A stretch of DNA of 64,000 nucleotides from Octopus vulgaris (taxonomy: Eukaryota), in NCBI GenBank assembly GCA_951406725.2, contig OX597823.1, forward strand, positions 80,414,001-80,478,000, given 5' to 3'. The notes beneath the pieces are model-generated. The model searched no databases. It was given only the letters and a program-made list of their open reading frames with translations, and was not told the DNA's origin. Made by a program: the position numbers and the translations under genes. Shown piece after piece: positions 40,124 through 53,930 of the stretch (positions are counted from its first letter, which is position 1; each line of letters starts with the position of its first letter).

Positions 40124-40161
40124 TCTTTTACGTTTCGAGCCTACGCTCTTCAACAGAAAGA
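40124..40161 (-). ncRNA. Minimal hammerhead-like motif with A6U core
   Basis: UCUUU-CUGUUGA-A-GAGC(GUAG)GCUC-GAAA-CG-UA^-AAAGA; perfect 5-bp stem I; within a repeat (about 40028-40231) related to 34835-35031. Confidence 0.6.
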
Positions 40162-41059
40162 TACACAGAAAAAAAACAAGGAGAGAAACAAGGAGAGAAA
40201 AAAAATGCATGTAGGAGCTAACGATCTATCATACATATGATACATACATGTGACAGTGTGTATGTGTCTTTTATATCTTTTACTTGTTTCAGTTATCAGA
40301 CTGTGGCCATGCTGGGGCACAGCCTTGAAAGTTAGTCAAATGAAACAACCCTAATACTTATTTCTTAAAGCCTGGTCAAACCAATATGCTAGTTGTCAAA
40401 TGGTGGGGTGACAAAGACAGACACGAAGGAACAAACACTCACAAAGGCGTCTTCCAGTTTCTGTCTATCAAATCCACTCACGAGGATTTGGTCAGCCTGA
40501 GGTTATAGTAGAAGGCACTTGCCCAAGGTGCCACAAAGAGGTTCTGAACCCAGAAGAATGTGGTTGAGAAGCAAACTTCTTGCCACACATATATATTTAT
40601 TGAGGTGATGGAGGTTTCCCTGATTTTTTAATTTGCTTCATATTTTCATATTCAATATATTATTACTACTCTAATATTCAAAAACTAAATATTACTGAAT
40701 TTTGGAAAGCTACCTAAGAAAAATAACTGATGATTGTTTTTCACACTGCTGATGTTTTTCAAAGTTATACACACACACACACAAACACACACACATAGAG
40801 AGGGAGAGAAAGAGAGACATATATATAAATATATATATATATATATCATCATCATCGTTTAATGTCTGCTTTCCATGCTAGCATGGATTGGACGATTTGA
40901 CTGAGGACTGGTGAACCAGATAGCTGCACTAGTCTCCAATCTTGATCTGGCAGAGTCTCTACAGCTGGGTGCCCTTCCTAACGCCAACCACTCTGAGAGT
41001 GTAGTGGGTGATATATATATATATAAAATATAGATATACACACACACAAGCACACAGTC

Positions 41060-41105
<46 letters not shown>

Positions 41106-41775
41106 GCACACACACACACATCTGTATGTATACATGCATGTGCGTGATTGTGTGAGCATGAAATCTATGCAATAAAAGTTATAGTGATATTAAAATTTAT
41201 TAAAGATATCTGGTACTTAATACAAAGAGTAAACATTAAAGGAAAAAATAAAGTACAGATATATAAATCTCATTCAGATATTTAATATAGCTATTTACAT
41301 ACACACACACACATATTTCTTGTTTCAGATTATTATATCATAATACTTATTTTTGTTTTATTTCAATATTATATTTCTTCCTAATCCATGCTTAGTCAAG
41401 ATTAATTAAGTTCTAAAAACAAAGATGTGTATCAACAATACCAACACTGGTTTGGACAAATAAAACAACCTAAACACAGTTAATCACCCTGCTAGAAATA
41501 GAAATTAAATCTCCCTCATATCACATACCATCAAAACATCAGATAATGTAATCCCTGGATACACTCTTTTACTCATTTACTTGTTTCAGTCATTTAACTG
41601 TGGTCATGCTGGAGCACCGCCTTTAGTCAAGCAAATCTATCCCTGGACTTATTCTTTGTAAGCCTAGTACTTGTTCTATCAATCTCTTTTGCTGAACCAC
41701 TAAGTTACGGGGAAGTAAACACACCAGCATCGGTTGTCAAGTGATGTTCAGGGGAACCACATACACACACACACA

Positions 41776-41836
<61 letters not shown>

Positions 41837-43133
41837 ATATATACGATGGGCTTCTTTCAGTTTCCGTCTACCAAATCCACTCACAAGGCTTTGGTTGGCC
41901 TGAAGCTATAGTAGAAGACACTTGCCCAAGGTGCCACGCAGTGGGACTGAACCCGGAACCATGTGGTTCATAAGCAAGCTACTTACCACACAGCCACTCC
42001 TGCTGAAAAAATGAGGAGAAATATCTTTGACCATAAGTCAGCTTGACCAGAACTGGCCTAGGAGATAAAACAACCATAGAACTAACAAGGACCACACTAT
42101 ATGGTTAGACAGCCTACTAGAAGCAGAAGCCAAGTCTTCATCAACGCAAATTTTACAAGAAGAACATTGAAGATTATATAGTCTTTTATACACTAAGTCT
42201 GAATAAAATGTGCTATGTTCATGGTAGATACGTCTGCTCTATCAGAAGCGCTGTGAAGCTTAACAACATCAACAGTTTTACATGGTGGTGATGAGGATGA
42301 TGATGATGATGATGATGCTGGAGTGTGGTGAATTAAATGAACATAAACTGTTTTATTGACCACAAGAATAACATCCACAAGATTTGAATTTAAAAGGGCA
42401 TAACTGAATAATTATTTTTCATAGAGGGACACAGTGTCAAATGTTAGGGAACAGAAAAGCCAATTATATGAACTTCTCACTACAAGACGAATGCTTTATT
42501 TTATTAAGCCCCAGAAGGCTAAAACCCAAAGTTTGCCTCAACATGATTTGCAATCAGAATATAAAGAGTGGAACATGTACTACAAGACATTTTGTTCAAG
42601 GCCATCAGTTCATTGACCTGCCTGCCATGTGTTATAACAAAGAAAGATACATGATTTGATTCCTGATTTTAAATTTATTTCTATAATTATGAAATCAGTA
42701 GATGCTTCTTAAATTCTGTTAGATTTTTGAAAACTATCTTTAATCAACAAATTGGTTTTAAACAATTTTTAAAAATATATTGTTTCCACTGTTTACATCT
42801 CCATATAATTTCTCAAAAACATAAAACTGATTAAAAACTTAGCATTAAAAACAATATTCTCTTCAAATTTGATCCAAGACCACAAAGGTAAATGTTTAAG
42901 TGTTTATTTATATATACACACACACATATATATAAGGCAGGGGATCAGAATTAAAAACAAAAACAGGTAAAACAACAAAAGTCAAAAGAACATACACAGT
43001 GAATATATTAGATTGTTGTTCAGAGAAAGTTGTTTTTTAAGATGGAAAAAAGAAGAGATGTAACATTTCGAGCATGGCTCTTTGTCAGGAAGAGGCAAAG
43101 AGAAAAAGTCCAGAGAGAAGCAGTTATACTTAC

Positions 43134-43229
43134 TGATAGCACAGGTAGCTCCAGTGAAACCAGGTGGGCAAGTACATTGGTTTGGTGCGAAACATGTACC
43201 ACCATTTAAGCATGGCACATCACAGACAG
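43134..43229 (-). CDS. Exon: EGF-like repeat 5
   Basis: [32 protein letters not shown]; ctctag / gtaagt; phase 1-1. Confidence 0.96.
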
Positions 43230-45807
43230 CTAGAGAGTGAAAAAGGCAAAAATCATTAATTTTTTTCTTCATTCATTCATTCATGCATTCATGCATACAT
43301 ACATACATACATACATACATACATGCATACATACATACAAACAAACAAAAATACTCTGTTGTTGATGTTGAAATTCCAATAAAGGAGCCTTGGATCTAGG
43401 TTAGAAAACGGTTCTTTCTCTATTGGCAAGAAATCCTGGAATAAACTGAAAAACATACACCCACATACACATACTCATTTCATTATCATCATCATTATCA
43501 TTTAACATCCGTTTTCCATGCTGATATGGGTTGGACAGTTTGACTGAGAATTGGCAAGCTAGTAGGCTGTACTAGGCTCCAATCTGATCTGGCAAGGTTT
43601 CTACAGCTGAATGCCCTTCCTAATGCCAACCACTCTGATAGTGCAGTGGGTGCTTTTTATGTGCCACTGGTACAGGAGCCAGTCAGGCGGTACTGGCATC
43701 GAACACATTCGGATGGTGCTTTTTACGTGCCACCAGCACAGGGAGTAAAAATAAGTAACCTAATTTTTAACTACTTCATCTTTCTCTTAACTTTTAAAAA
43801 CATGCACACACACACACACACACACACATATGTAGACTCAAATTATTTTTACATGTAATTATTTAAAATATACTAATCAACATGTGATAGTACTCCAGCA
43901 TTTTAACATCCCATTGTTCAGCTATAGCAGATGTAAGTTCATAACTGATTAACTATCATCCATGAAACCGATGCTGCATGTAACATCACTGCCATGGTCT
44001 GTGGAATTACTTCTCTGCCCATGTTTATCCTGTAGCTATCAACTTGCAGCTATTGAAGAGGAACACTAATTTTGCAGTCGAAGAAGACCTGCAAAGATCA
44101 TGGGCACAAGCCCTCCCTTTAGACCAGAGTGATAAAGAAAAAGACTCATATTTTAACTATTGTTTTTTTATACAGATGGCATTTGAGTTAACTATTCTTT
44201 GAATCATATTTCCACACACTAACTGATTCACGATTTCAAACAACTACTTAACCCTATAGAATTTAAACCAGCCATATCTGGCCAAAATATTCTACTTGTT
44301 TTACATTCAAACTGGCCAGATTTTGCCTCTTATGCCTGCCCTACAAACTCATTCTAAAAAGATACAGTCACATCATCGAAATCACAAAGCTACAAGATAA
44401 TGCATGATAAATTCGAAATAATATGAATAAATAAGTATTACATTTGATAAAGTTATCTGAATGCAAAAGTGCTAATGAGTCTTTCATCCCTGCCTTCACA
44501 ATTGTGGAGGCATATGGCCTAGTGGTTAGAGCAGCGGACTCGCAGTCGAGGTATCGTGGGTTCGAATCTCAGACCGGGCGATGTGTGTGTTTATGAGCGA
44601 AACACCTAAGCTCCATGCAGCTCTGGCAGAAGGTAATGGCGAACTTCTGCTGACTCTTTCGCCACAACTTTCTCTCATTCTTTCCTCCTGCATCTTGCAG
44701 CTCACCTGCGACAGACCTGCGTCACGTCCTGGTGGGGAACCTATACCCCAAGGAAACCGGAAAACCGGCCCTTATGAGCCAGGTGTGGCTCGAGAAGGAA
44801 CAACTTTCACAATTGCATTGAAGACTATACTTCCCTAATGAGGTTAGACTACAATAGAAATATGTCCAGGGTTATCTCTCGTACCTACTGGTAAATAAAG
44901 TGATAATATTAATCAATAACTGTATAATTGTTGACTTGGTTTTTAATGCACTCTACATTAGTTATGTTCATGTTTAGATTAGCTTTTCAAACTATTCTAT
45001 AGATCTGGAGTCAGCAGTATAAAACCCTAAGAGATACTGAATAATCATGAGGCGATATCATCCATGTCAAGATTCACACAACTATATTTGCCAAATAGAA
45101 ACTTTAACAAGATTATTGAGCTAAAGCACTATGAAGGCCTCATCACTCTATACCTTTACATCATGGTTCTAATCCATGAAGTGATGCAGTCGTTTTATTT
45201 TGTATACTGCAAAGTAACCACAATTTAAACATTAGATTTGATGGAGAGCTTGCACCAGTCAATTTGGATCCTGAATGTATGGCTTTAGCTGAATGTCAGA
45301 AGTAGATTGCCTGAAGCTTTCCTGGTATTACTATATACATATATCTAAGTAAGCAGATGTTTGGCTGAACCTCTTAATATGTATACATGAACAGTAAGTA
45401 ATGGTAGAATTGCTGAGAATTCTGAATTTTCTATCTTTATGTGCCCTTTCTGTATCTGAGCTCTGTATTTCTTAAGGAAACAAGTGACAACAAAAGCAAA
45501 GGATTTCTAAAGAATTTGGACGAATAAGAAAAGAATGTTATGTTTACAAAACTAAGATTAATTCAAGAATAACACAACAGCATTAACAACCTCATGCATA
45601 TCTTTATCGGGCTTACATTTTCCTTTTCCATGCTAGTGTCACCAAATTTCTTATACTCTGAACACCAATGTACTCAAAACACCAGCATATCTTGTCCTGG
45701 TTGTGTTGATGCACTTAATGGTGCTTTATAAACTTTAAACCATAACATCCAAAATTCACAATCCTTCATCTCCACTCAAAGATTTCCACCAAATAAAAGA
45801 TCGATAA

Positions 45808-46023
45808 CCCTTTAGCATTTAAACTGATCATATCAGGCCCATATATTCTACACATTTTAAGTTCAAACTGGCCAGACTCAACATCTCACACCTACCCTAT
45901 AATGTCACTCTAAAAATATACAATCACATCATTGAAAACTTAAAGCTATGAGATAATGTATGATTCAAACTAATTAGAATAATTAAGAATAATGTTTGAC
46001 TAAGTAATCTAAATGTTAAAGGG
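45808..46023. mobile_element. piggyBac-type MITE (second family)
   Basis: CCCTTTAGCATT...AATGTTAAAGGG followed by TTAA; another copy at about 44250-44475. Confidence 0.7.
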
Positions 46024-46204
46024 TTAAAAGTATGGGTAATTGAATCTATTAAGTCTGGAAAATAGCCATTATCAAAGAACATAACATTTAAAGAAGGATT
46101 TATCTCAATATATTTGTCTGTGACTCCACTAAGCTATTGAGAAATTAATGTGTTTTAATAATTGAAAAGTCACATATTTCAGAAAGAGTAAAAAAAATAC
46201 TCAC

Positions 46205-46300
46205 GGCGTTGACAAAATTCTCCTGTAAAACCATACCGACAAGTACATTGGCCATACTGATTACAACTGCCTCCATTCATACATTCTCCACCGCAATCCT
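46205..46300 (-). CDS. Exon: EGF-like repeat 4
   Basis: EDCGGECMNGGSCNQYGQCTCRYGFTGEFCQR; tttcag / gtgagt; phase 1-1. Confidence 0.95.
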
Positions 46301-48495
46301 CTGAAACAGAATTTGTTAAAGATGAAAAAATTAAATCCTAAAAGACAAACTTTTGGAGTCATAAGAATCTATAAACTTCATGAGAGCATTAAATATTTCT
46401 TTTATAGAATGGCATATCTCAAACAGTTTCCAGCTTTTTCTATCCAAGGAGTGTTAAACCCAATATTTGCCTGCTATTAGTTATAACTTCTTTATCTGCT
46501 TCAAGATCTATCATTCTGAAAGAGATTTATTTAACATTCTCTCAAAGTTTATAAATCCTTATGATATCAACAACATACAATTCCCACTAGTAAGGATAAA
46601 GTTTCTAAAATGCACAGGCAAATTCAAAGAATTGCTTTAGTCAAATGGTAGAAAGTCTGTCATGTTTACAGAAATTGTGGGTTCAAACCCTATAGGCAGC
46701 CTTCAACTCTTTCTGTCCAAAGGGTTTTTAAGTCAAAATTATATGCTGTTATTTACAGCTTCATGGCATTTTGTTCATCTTTACATTCTAAGTTCAAACT
46801 CCATCAAGGTCAACTTTGCCTTTCATTTTTTCAGAGTTGATAAAATAAATGCCAGTTAAACACTAGGGTCAATGTAATCAACTTAACCCTTCTCTGAACT
46901 TGCTGGCCTAATGCCAAAATTTCAAACCATTATCTGCTTCGAGATCCACAATTCCAAAAATGGTACTAATAAACTTTGGAGGCTTAAAAGCAAAAAACTT
47001 CCTACTTTCTTAAAGTAAACCATAACAGATATAAAAATTTTCGTTTACTTCATTAGTTCTTGCTACATTAACTTCATTTATTCTCATTATGTTTTATATT
47101 GATGATCTTTGGTAATTAGAAACTTTCCAGATTCATTTCTCCTCAAACAAACTGATTTAGACACATTCAGTTTTCCTCGCAAGTAGAAATGATTCCAGCA
47201 ATTAACCATTCATCAAAACCTGTACATTTGTTTCAGTTTTACTTTTCATTTAATTCTTTACATTACTTTCATTTTCTACTATTAATATCGTTAGTAATTA
47301 CATTACCAACTATACTTAGAAATCTTGACACCATTGAAAGTCAGTAATAGTTGCAGAACATAGAAATAGATTCATCAACCACCCACATTTGACATTTGTA
47401 AATGGAAACTAATGGGGAAATACAGTTCTAACATGAAATCCATAGAAATATTTAAAACAATTAATTTATTTATTTATCCCCATCCTGTCTTTTGTAACAT
47501 TCATTTAAATTTTAAGACAAATTCATGTCACACTCTGCTTTTCAGACACTGATTAACTAATTGGCCTTTTCTAGCCAATGCTAACAAGCTAAAAAGTTGA
47601 CAGTTCATACCCTATCGATGATAGATTTATCTTTTATCTTTTACTTGTTTCAGTCACAGGACTGTGGCCATGTTGGGGCACCATCTTGATGGGTTTAATA
47701 ACAGTTATTTTATTGTTTTTTTTTAAGTCTAGTACTCATTCTGTATGCCACTTTTTTGTCAAACTGCTAAGTAATGTGAATGTAAACAAACCAACATCAG
47801 CAGTCAAGTGATGAAGGGACAAACATGAATACATACTTGCATACATATGTATGTACTCACTAGGTATTGGTCAGCCTAGGGCTATAGTAGAAGACAAATA
47901 CCCTAGGAGAAGTGTAGTGGAACTGAACCCAAACCCACATGTTTGCAAAGTGAGCTTCTTAGCCACAACAGCTATGCCTGTGCCTGAGTGAAATAAATGA
48001 AAATCATAATAATCCAATCTTTTCAGTTGTAAATAATGTTATGTGGAAATGTTTGTAGGCAGTAGAAAACTCTGTAAATCAGTGGTACCCAAACTTTTGG
48101 GGGCTGCCGCCCCCTTGACACCCAGGCCACATTCTTAGTGTCCCTACCCCAACTAACCATCATAAACATAGACCTCTTTCTGAAGCAAATTCAAAGCAAC
48201 TATATTTCACAAATAAAACTTAAACTAATGAACTCATTATTTTGTTGTCTTTACATGAATCGCAACCCCATTATCACCCTACTTTTCTTCAATGACCCCT
48301 TGGAACTTTCCACTGACCCTAGGGTTGGGGGCAATACTGCCTACTTTGGGAACCACTGCTGTAAATGGTAACTACAAGCTCAAATTTTTATTTGGAAAGA
48401 TAAGGTAGGATTATTCACCTATGTATCTTATTAAATTAGGTTAAAAAATTGATTGTTTCTTACATTGATTAACTTGAGGTAGATGAAGTATTGCT

Positions 48496-48912
48496 TACTC
48501 TTTACTCTTTTACTCTTTTACTTGTTTCAGTCATTTGACTGCGGCCATGCTGGAGCACCGCCTTTAATCGAGCAAATCAACCCCGGGACTTATTCTTTGT
48601 AAGCCCAGTACTTATTCTATCGGTCTCTTTTGCCGAACCGCTAAGTGACGGGGACGTAAACACACCAGCATCGGTTGTCAAGCAATGCTAGGGAGACAAA
48701 CACACACACACAAACACACACACATACACGCACATATATATATATATATATACATATATACGACAGGCTTCTTTCAGTTTCCGTCTACCAAATCCACTCA
48801 CAAGGCATTGGTCGGCCCGGGGCTATAGCAGAAGACACTTGCCCAAGGTGCCACGCAGTGGGACTGAACCCAGAACTATGTGGTTGGTTAGCAAGCTACT
48901 TACCACACAGCC
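48496..48912 (-). mobile_element. SINE A, young copy
   Basis: CpG-intact copy colinear with 3145-3570. Confidence 0.85.
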
Positions 48913-50204
48913 GTTCATATTTTTATAATAATAACTATACAATTACCAGTGATGAATAAAAATTTACATAGGTGAGTATTAACTCCTTGGTCTATTATTC
49001 TTACAGCTTTATGGGTTGATAACATGTAAATTGATGGGTAGAATAGATCAAGAGTTCAAATTCTATCACAGTCATTTGATCTCATTCCATTTAACTCTCA
49101 ACAACCCAACCAAATTCTAAATAGGGATTTTCAGTAGAAGCAACTCACTACATAAAGCAGTGTGGGTACTCAATCTTCTATCATCTTTTTAGAATAACCT
49201 GTGACAACCAAACTGAGAAAGATGTGCAGCTTTCAAAGCAGCATTATCTCCAACATACCACAGCACTTTCTGGTAAACTGCAGCAAATGCAATGCCTGTG
49301 TAATTTTTGTTTTTATTAAAAGTTCTTCTGTAACTAAGCAGAAACAATAACAACAGCAACTCATAGAAAACTTGTGTATAATAGTAGACTTAATCTGTCA
49401 TTTGATGCCACATCACTGCCTGGCCATTGAGTGCTCTGGATTCCTTTTAATAGCAGTTTCTTTCTCTTCTTCAAACTGTGTGCTGTGGTGTAGCTTGAAT
49501 GTAGACTGCCTACAGCAGCCTTTGATTTGCCATCAACATTGGCCCCCAAGCTTATATGGATTTATGGGAGCAGACCTGAAAGTTCTGCTCCCATCAAAAT
49601 TTTTCCCAGGATGAACTGCCTTCCCCTGCCACCCCACTAACTATGCCACTGGCAGCACCACCCACTACAACTAAGTCTTGGAGATCTGGTAGAAGTTATC
49701 TCCAAGGCCATGACCTTTACTAACTTTCATCTGCTAAATCATTTTTTTTTAATAATCATTAAATTAATTAAACTATTAATGTACAACAATGAACAATCTT
49801 TTATCTTCTACTTGTTTCAGTCATTACAATGTGGCCATGTTGGGACACTGCCTTGAAGAATTTTTAGTCAAACAAATCGACCTCACCATTTGTTTTTCTG
49901 AAGCCTGGTTCTTATTCTATTGGTCTTTTTTGCCAAACTGCTAAGTTACAGGAACATAAACAAGCTAACACCAGCTGTTAAGTGATGATGAGGAGACAAA
50001 CATAAATACAAAGATACACACACACACACACAATGAGCTTCTTTCAGTTTCCATTTAACCAAATCCACTTATAGGGCTTTGATTGGCCTAGGACTATAGC
50101 AGTGAGACTGAATCCAGAACCATGAGGTTAATAAACAAACTTCTTGCCACACAGCCACTAAAAGAAAGTAAGATGGAAGTATTATAAAAACAATGTTACT
50201 AAAC

Positions 50205-50393
50205 CTTCAGCACAGGTTGGTCCAGTATAACTTTGGAAGCATTTGCATTTGTTTGGTTCAATGCAATAACCATGTATACAGGCAGGTTCACAGACAGGAA
50301 TTTCACAATATTTTCCACTGTATTCTTTGGAACACTGGCATACATTCGGTTCGGTGCAATGACCTCCATTCCGACAAGGCCTAACACAAATAG
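50205..50393 (-). CDS. Exon: EGF-like repeats 2 and 3
   Basis: AICVRPCRNGGHCTEPNVCQCSKEYSGKYCEIPVCEPACIHGYCIEPNKCKCFQSYTGPTCAE; phase 1-1. Confidence 0.96.
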
Positions 50394-50779
50394 CTGCAAA
50401 ACAAAACCAGATTCTTTATAGAGACATGAAATATGATTTTTATCAAAACAATCTTAAATGAAACATTATAATGACTCAAAGTATGAAGAGTCTAGTATTT
50501 ATCATAATGTATTTCACTAAATTTTACTCAATTACTCTAATTTTACAATGAGTGTTTATATTTTTATGCAAATGGTTATACAAATAAATATATGAAAAGA
50601 TATATATATATATATATATATTTGAAGGAATGAGTAGTGATGGCTTTTTTTGAGGGGATAATTTTTATTTAAACATTATTATTAACATTAAAATTAAATA
50701 ATCCCCCTCAAAAAAGCGATCTCTACTCATTCATTCAAATATATATAATACTGTACCAGGAATTTTCTCTTTATTATTC

Positions 50780-50927
<148 letters not shown>

Positions 50928-51404
50928 TTAGAAAGTTTGGAGATGATGTACAGGTATTATATATTAGAAGAAATGTGGTACTCAGAAATCCGGATGGTTT
51001 TATATTTACAGATATTTATTAGTATGTTACATGTTTTTATACATCATATATCATATATTAGTGCTATCTGTAAATATAAAATCATCCTGATTTCTGACTA
51101 GCTCATTTCTTCTATATATATATATATGTATATGTTTATATACTGTATCAGGGTGATAGGAGTATTTGGGGAAACTTAATTATCAGTATATCACTCTTTC
51201 AAACCAATTAAAAGGGTTTTTTTTTATTTCTTGCAAATCCCTAATTGCAAATAAAATGCTAATATAAGAAATGAAAAGATATGAAGTCATTGTTGCCATA
51301 TATGTGAAAACCAGCAATTTAGAATTTGCTAACTTTCTAAATGTTGCAATATCTTTTGTACATAAAATTCAGATGGAACTGGTTTCAACTGCATCAAGTA
51401 GGTA

Positions 51405-51676
51405 GGGGACAATTTAAATGTTTGGGCATTATAAGGACACTGCAATTCATCTTCAACATATATCATCAACATTTAGTGTCTGTTTTCCATTCTGGCATGG
51501 GTTGGGTGTCTTGATAGGAAGTGACAAGGCCATGGGCCACTCCATATCCCAGTCTGTTTTTGGCTTGATTTCTATGGCTGGTCGCCCTTCCTAATGCCAA
51601 CCACTCCAGAGAGTGTACTGGGTGCATTTCATGTGGCACCAGCACCAGTATTTTTTACATGGTACCAGCACCCACA
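51405..51676 (+). repeat. Local direct duplication (partner 54328-54599)
   Basis: About 270 bp nearly identical, including sequence flanking the family C fragment. Confidence 0.9.
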
Positions 51677-52179
51677 CCAATGCTTTTTACTTGGGACTTT
51701 GGTTTTAGGATCTCAATTCTCTTGTGGTTGTTGTGGTTGTGAACATTATCAGTGATGATCCTGGAAAATTAATCAGGACCATCACCTAAGAACATCAGGC
51801 GTCGAAGTGGACTATCATAACTTTGGTGTATTAGGATATTCTGTCCAGAGAAAGCACTGTTTAAAGAGTAGGAAAGGGTTTCCTCTCTCTCATGGCAAAC
51901 TCAGTCCAATAACACCAAGACAAATCTTGAATTTTCACTGTATTGCCAAATATCATATTCACTTCTCAATGTATTCTATTTTATTTTAATTAAATTTAAT
52001 CAATGTAAACTTTGACGTTATTTTCCTTGTATTTTTTTAACAATCATTAAAATAATGGGATTTTTGTACTTTCAATGTTTTAAACTATAATTTCTTGGTT
52101 TGCTACCACAAGTATTTTAGTTTACTAATTTACTAATTTATTCCATTTAGTGAATATGTTTGTAAATATATTTCTTTAC

Positions 52180-52278
52180 CCTCAGAGCAATCATCTCCTT
52201 GGTATCCAGTATTAGAGCAGTCACATTTGTTGTCACCAATACATTTACTGCCATGTTGACAAGGTCGGCTGCAAACAG
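52180..52278 (-). CDS. Exon: EGF-like repeat 1
   Basis: AVCSRPCQHGSKCIGDNKCDCSNTGYQGDDCSE; 6 Cys; phase 1-1; ttttag / gtaaag. Confidence 0.95.
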
Positions 52279-53179
52279 CTAAAATTAGAAAAAATGAAAT
52301 TAGTCATACCAAGACAAATATATACATATAACATCAACATCATCATTTAGTGTCCATTTTCATGCTGCCATGTATTGGACGGTTTGACAGGATCAAATGA
52401 GACACAGGGCTATGTTGGGTTCCAATGTTGGCATGGTTTCTATCGTTGGGTGCTCTCTCCTTTACAGTGTATACTGGCTGCTTTTTTCATGAAACAAGCA
52501 TTAATGAGGTCACCAACTAAGTTACAAGACAAAAGAAAGAAACAAGCAGATGTGTATTTGCGATAGGACAAGGTGGGTTTTATGTCAGATGTTGAAGGCT
52601 AAAGTATGATAGAGAGAGAGACAAGCTCAGGTAACATGTTGAGGAAATACATGGTTACCTCACTTCATATGAAGGTGAATAGCTAGATATATAAACACAG
52701 AAATGAATATACAGAATTTATACAATAAAACCAATGAAGAAACTTCTTAAACCTTTTGACACCAAACCCCTCAAGAGCACAATTGATTCTATGCTACTAA
52801 GTATGAATTTTAGAGTGATCTAAATTAAAGCTTTCATGTTCATTTATGTCCCAAACTACAGCTTAATAATGGTTTCAAATTTTGGCACAAGACCAGCAGT
52901 TTGAAGGGAAGGAGTAAGTCAATTACATCAAACCCAAGGTTCAGTTGGTACTTATTTTATCAACCCCAAAAAGATGAATGGCAAAGGCAGTCCTGGTGGC
53001 ATTTGAACCCAGAACATAACGTTGGAAGGAATGCAGCAAATAATTTTTTCCAGTGCAGCAGCAATTGTGCCAGCTTGCAGTCTTCTTTTTTTTTTATATA
53101 TATACCAAGGCCTAAATTCCTCATAGAGGAGGGTAGCCACAACAAAACACACACCAGATATTCCATTCATTTCCCAGCT

Positions 53180-53930
53180 CAAAGAGGTTAGCCCCATTCT
53201 ATGCTTGGGTCACAACATAGAAAGAAACCTTCAATGTCAGCAGCAGGGCCTGACAGCATATGTTGGTTTACCTTTGCCGCATCATGCTGTTTCCATACCC
53301 CTTTGAGCAACATCAATTCACTCATCCATCCACAAATACTCTCCAAGCTTTCCTATCATTAATAAACTCTCTTGCCTCTATCATGCCAACATCTCTAACC
53401 ATCAAAGCTTTCCTCACTCCATCCATCCATCCACACAAACTGAGATCTGCTTTTGGTTTTGCTGCCTACCACTTCTGCCTTCATCACTCTCCAAGCTTTC
53501 CTATCACTTATAAACTCTTGCCTCTCTCATTCCAACACCTCTAACCACCAAAGCTTTCCTCACTCCATCCATCCATCCATCCACACAAACTGAGATCTGC
53601 TTTTGGTTTTGCTGCCTACCACTTCTGCCTTCATCACTCTCCAAGCTTTCCTATCACTTATAAACTCTTGCCTCTCTCATTCCAACACCTCTAACCATCA
53701 AAGCTTTCCTCACTCCATCTATCCATCCATACAAACTAAGATCTACCTCTGGCTCTGTTGCCTACCACCTCTGCCTTCATCACCCTCCTTACCATCTGCT
53801 CCTCATCCATCCTCTCCATATGGCCAAACCACCTCAACATTCATCTATCCATTTTGGTTGTTAGATTTTCTCTCATTCCTGCTCACCTTCACACCGCCTC
53901 ATTCCTCATCCTGTCCATCTGTGACACATC
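53180..53930 (-). mobile_element. RTE-clade LINE 3' fragment with about 149-bp triplication
   Basis: DRMRNE...LRWFGHMERMDEEQMVRRVMKAEV..RARGR; repeat units start at 53338, 53486, 53636. Confidence 0.8.

Noticed and set aside
43360-43440. Hammerhead-like stem plus GAAAACGGTT
   Set aside because: No recognisable 7-nt core; too degenerate to call.
50199-50399. ORF MQLFVLGLVG... resembling a signal peptide
   Set aside because: Wrong frame of the EGF2-3 exon.
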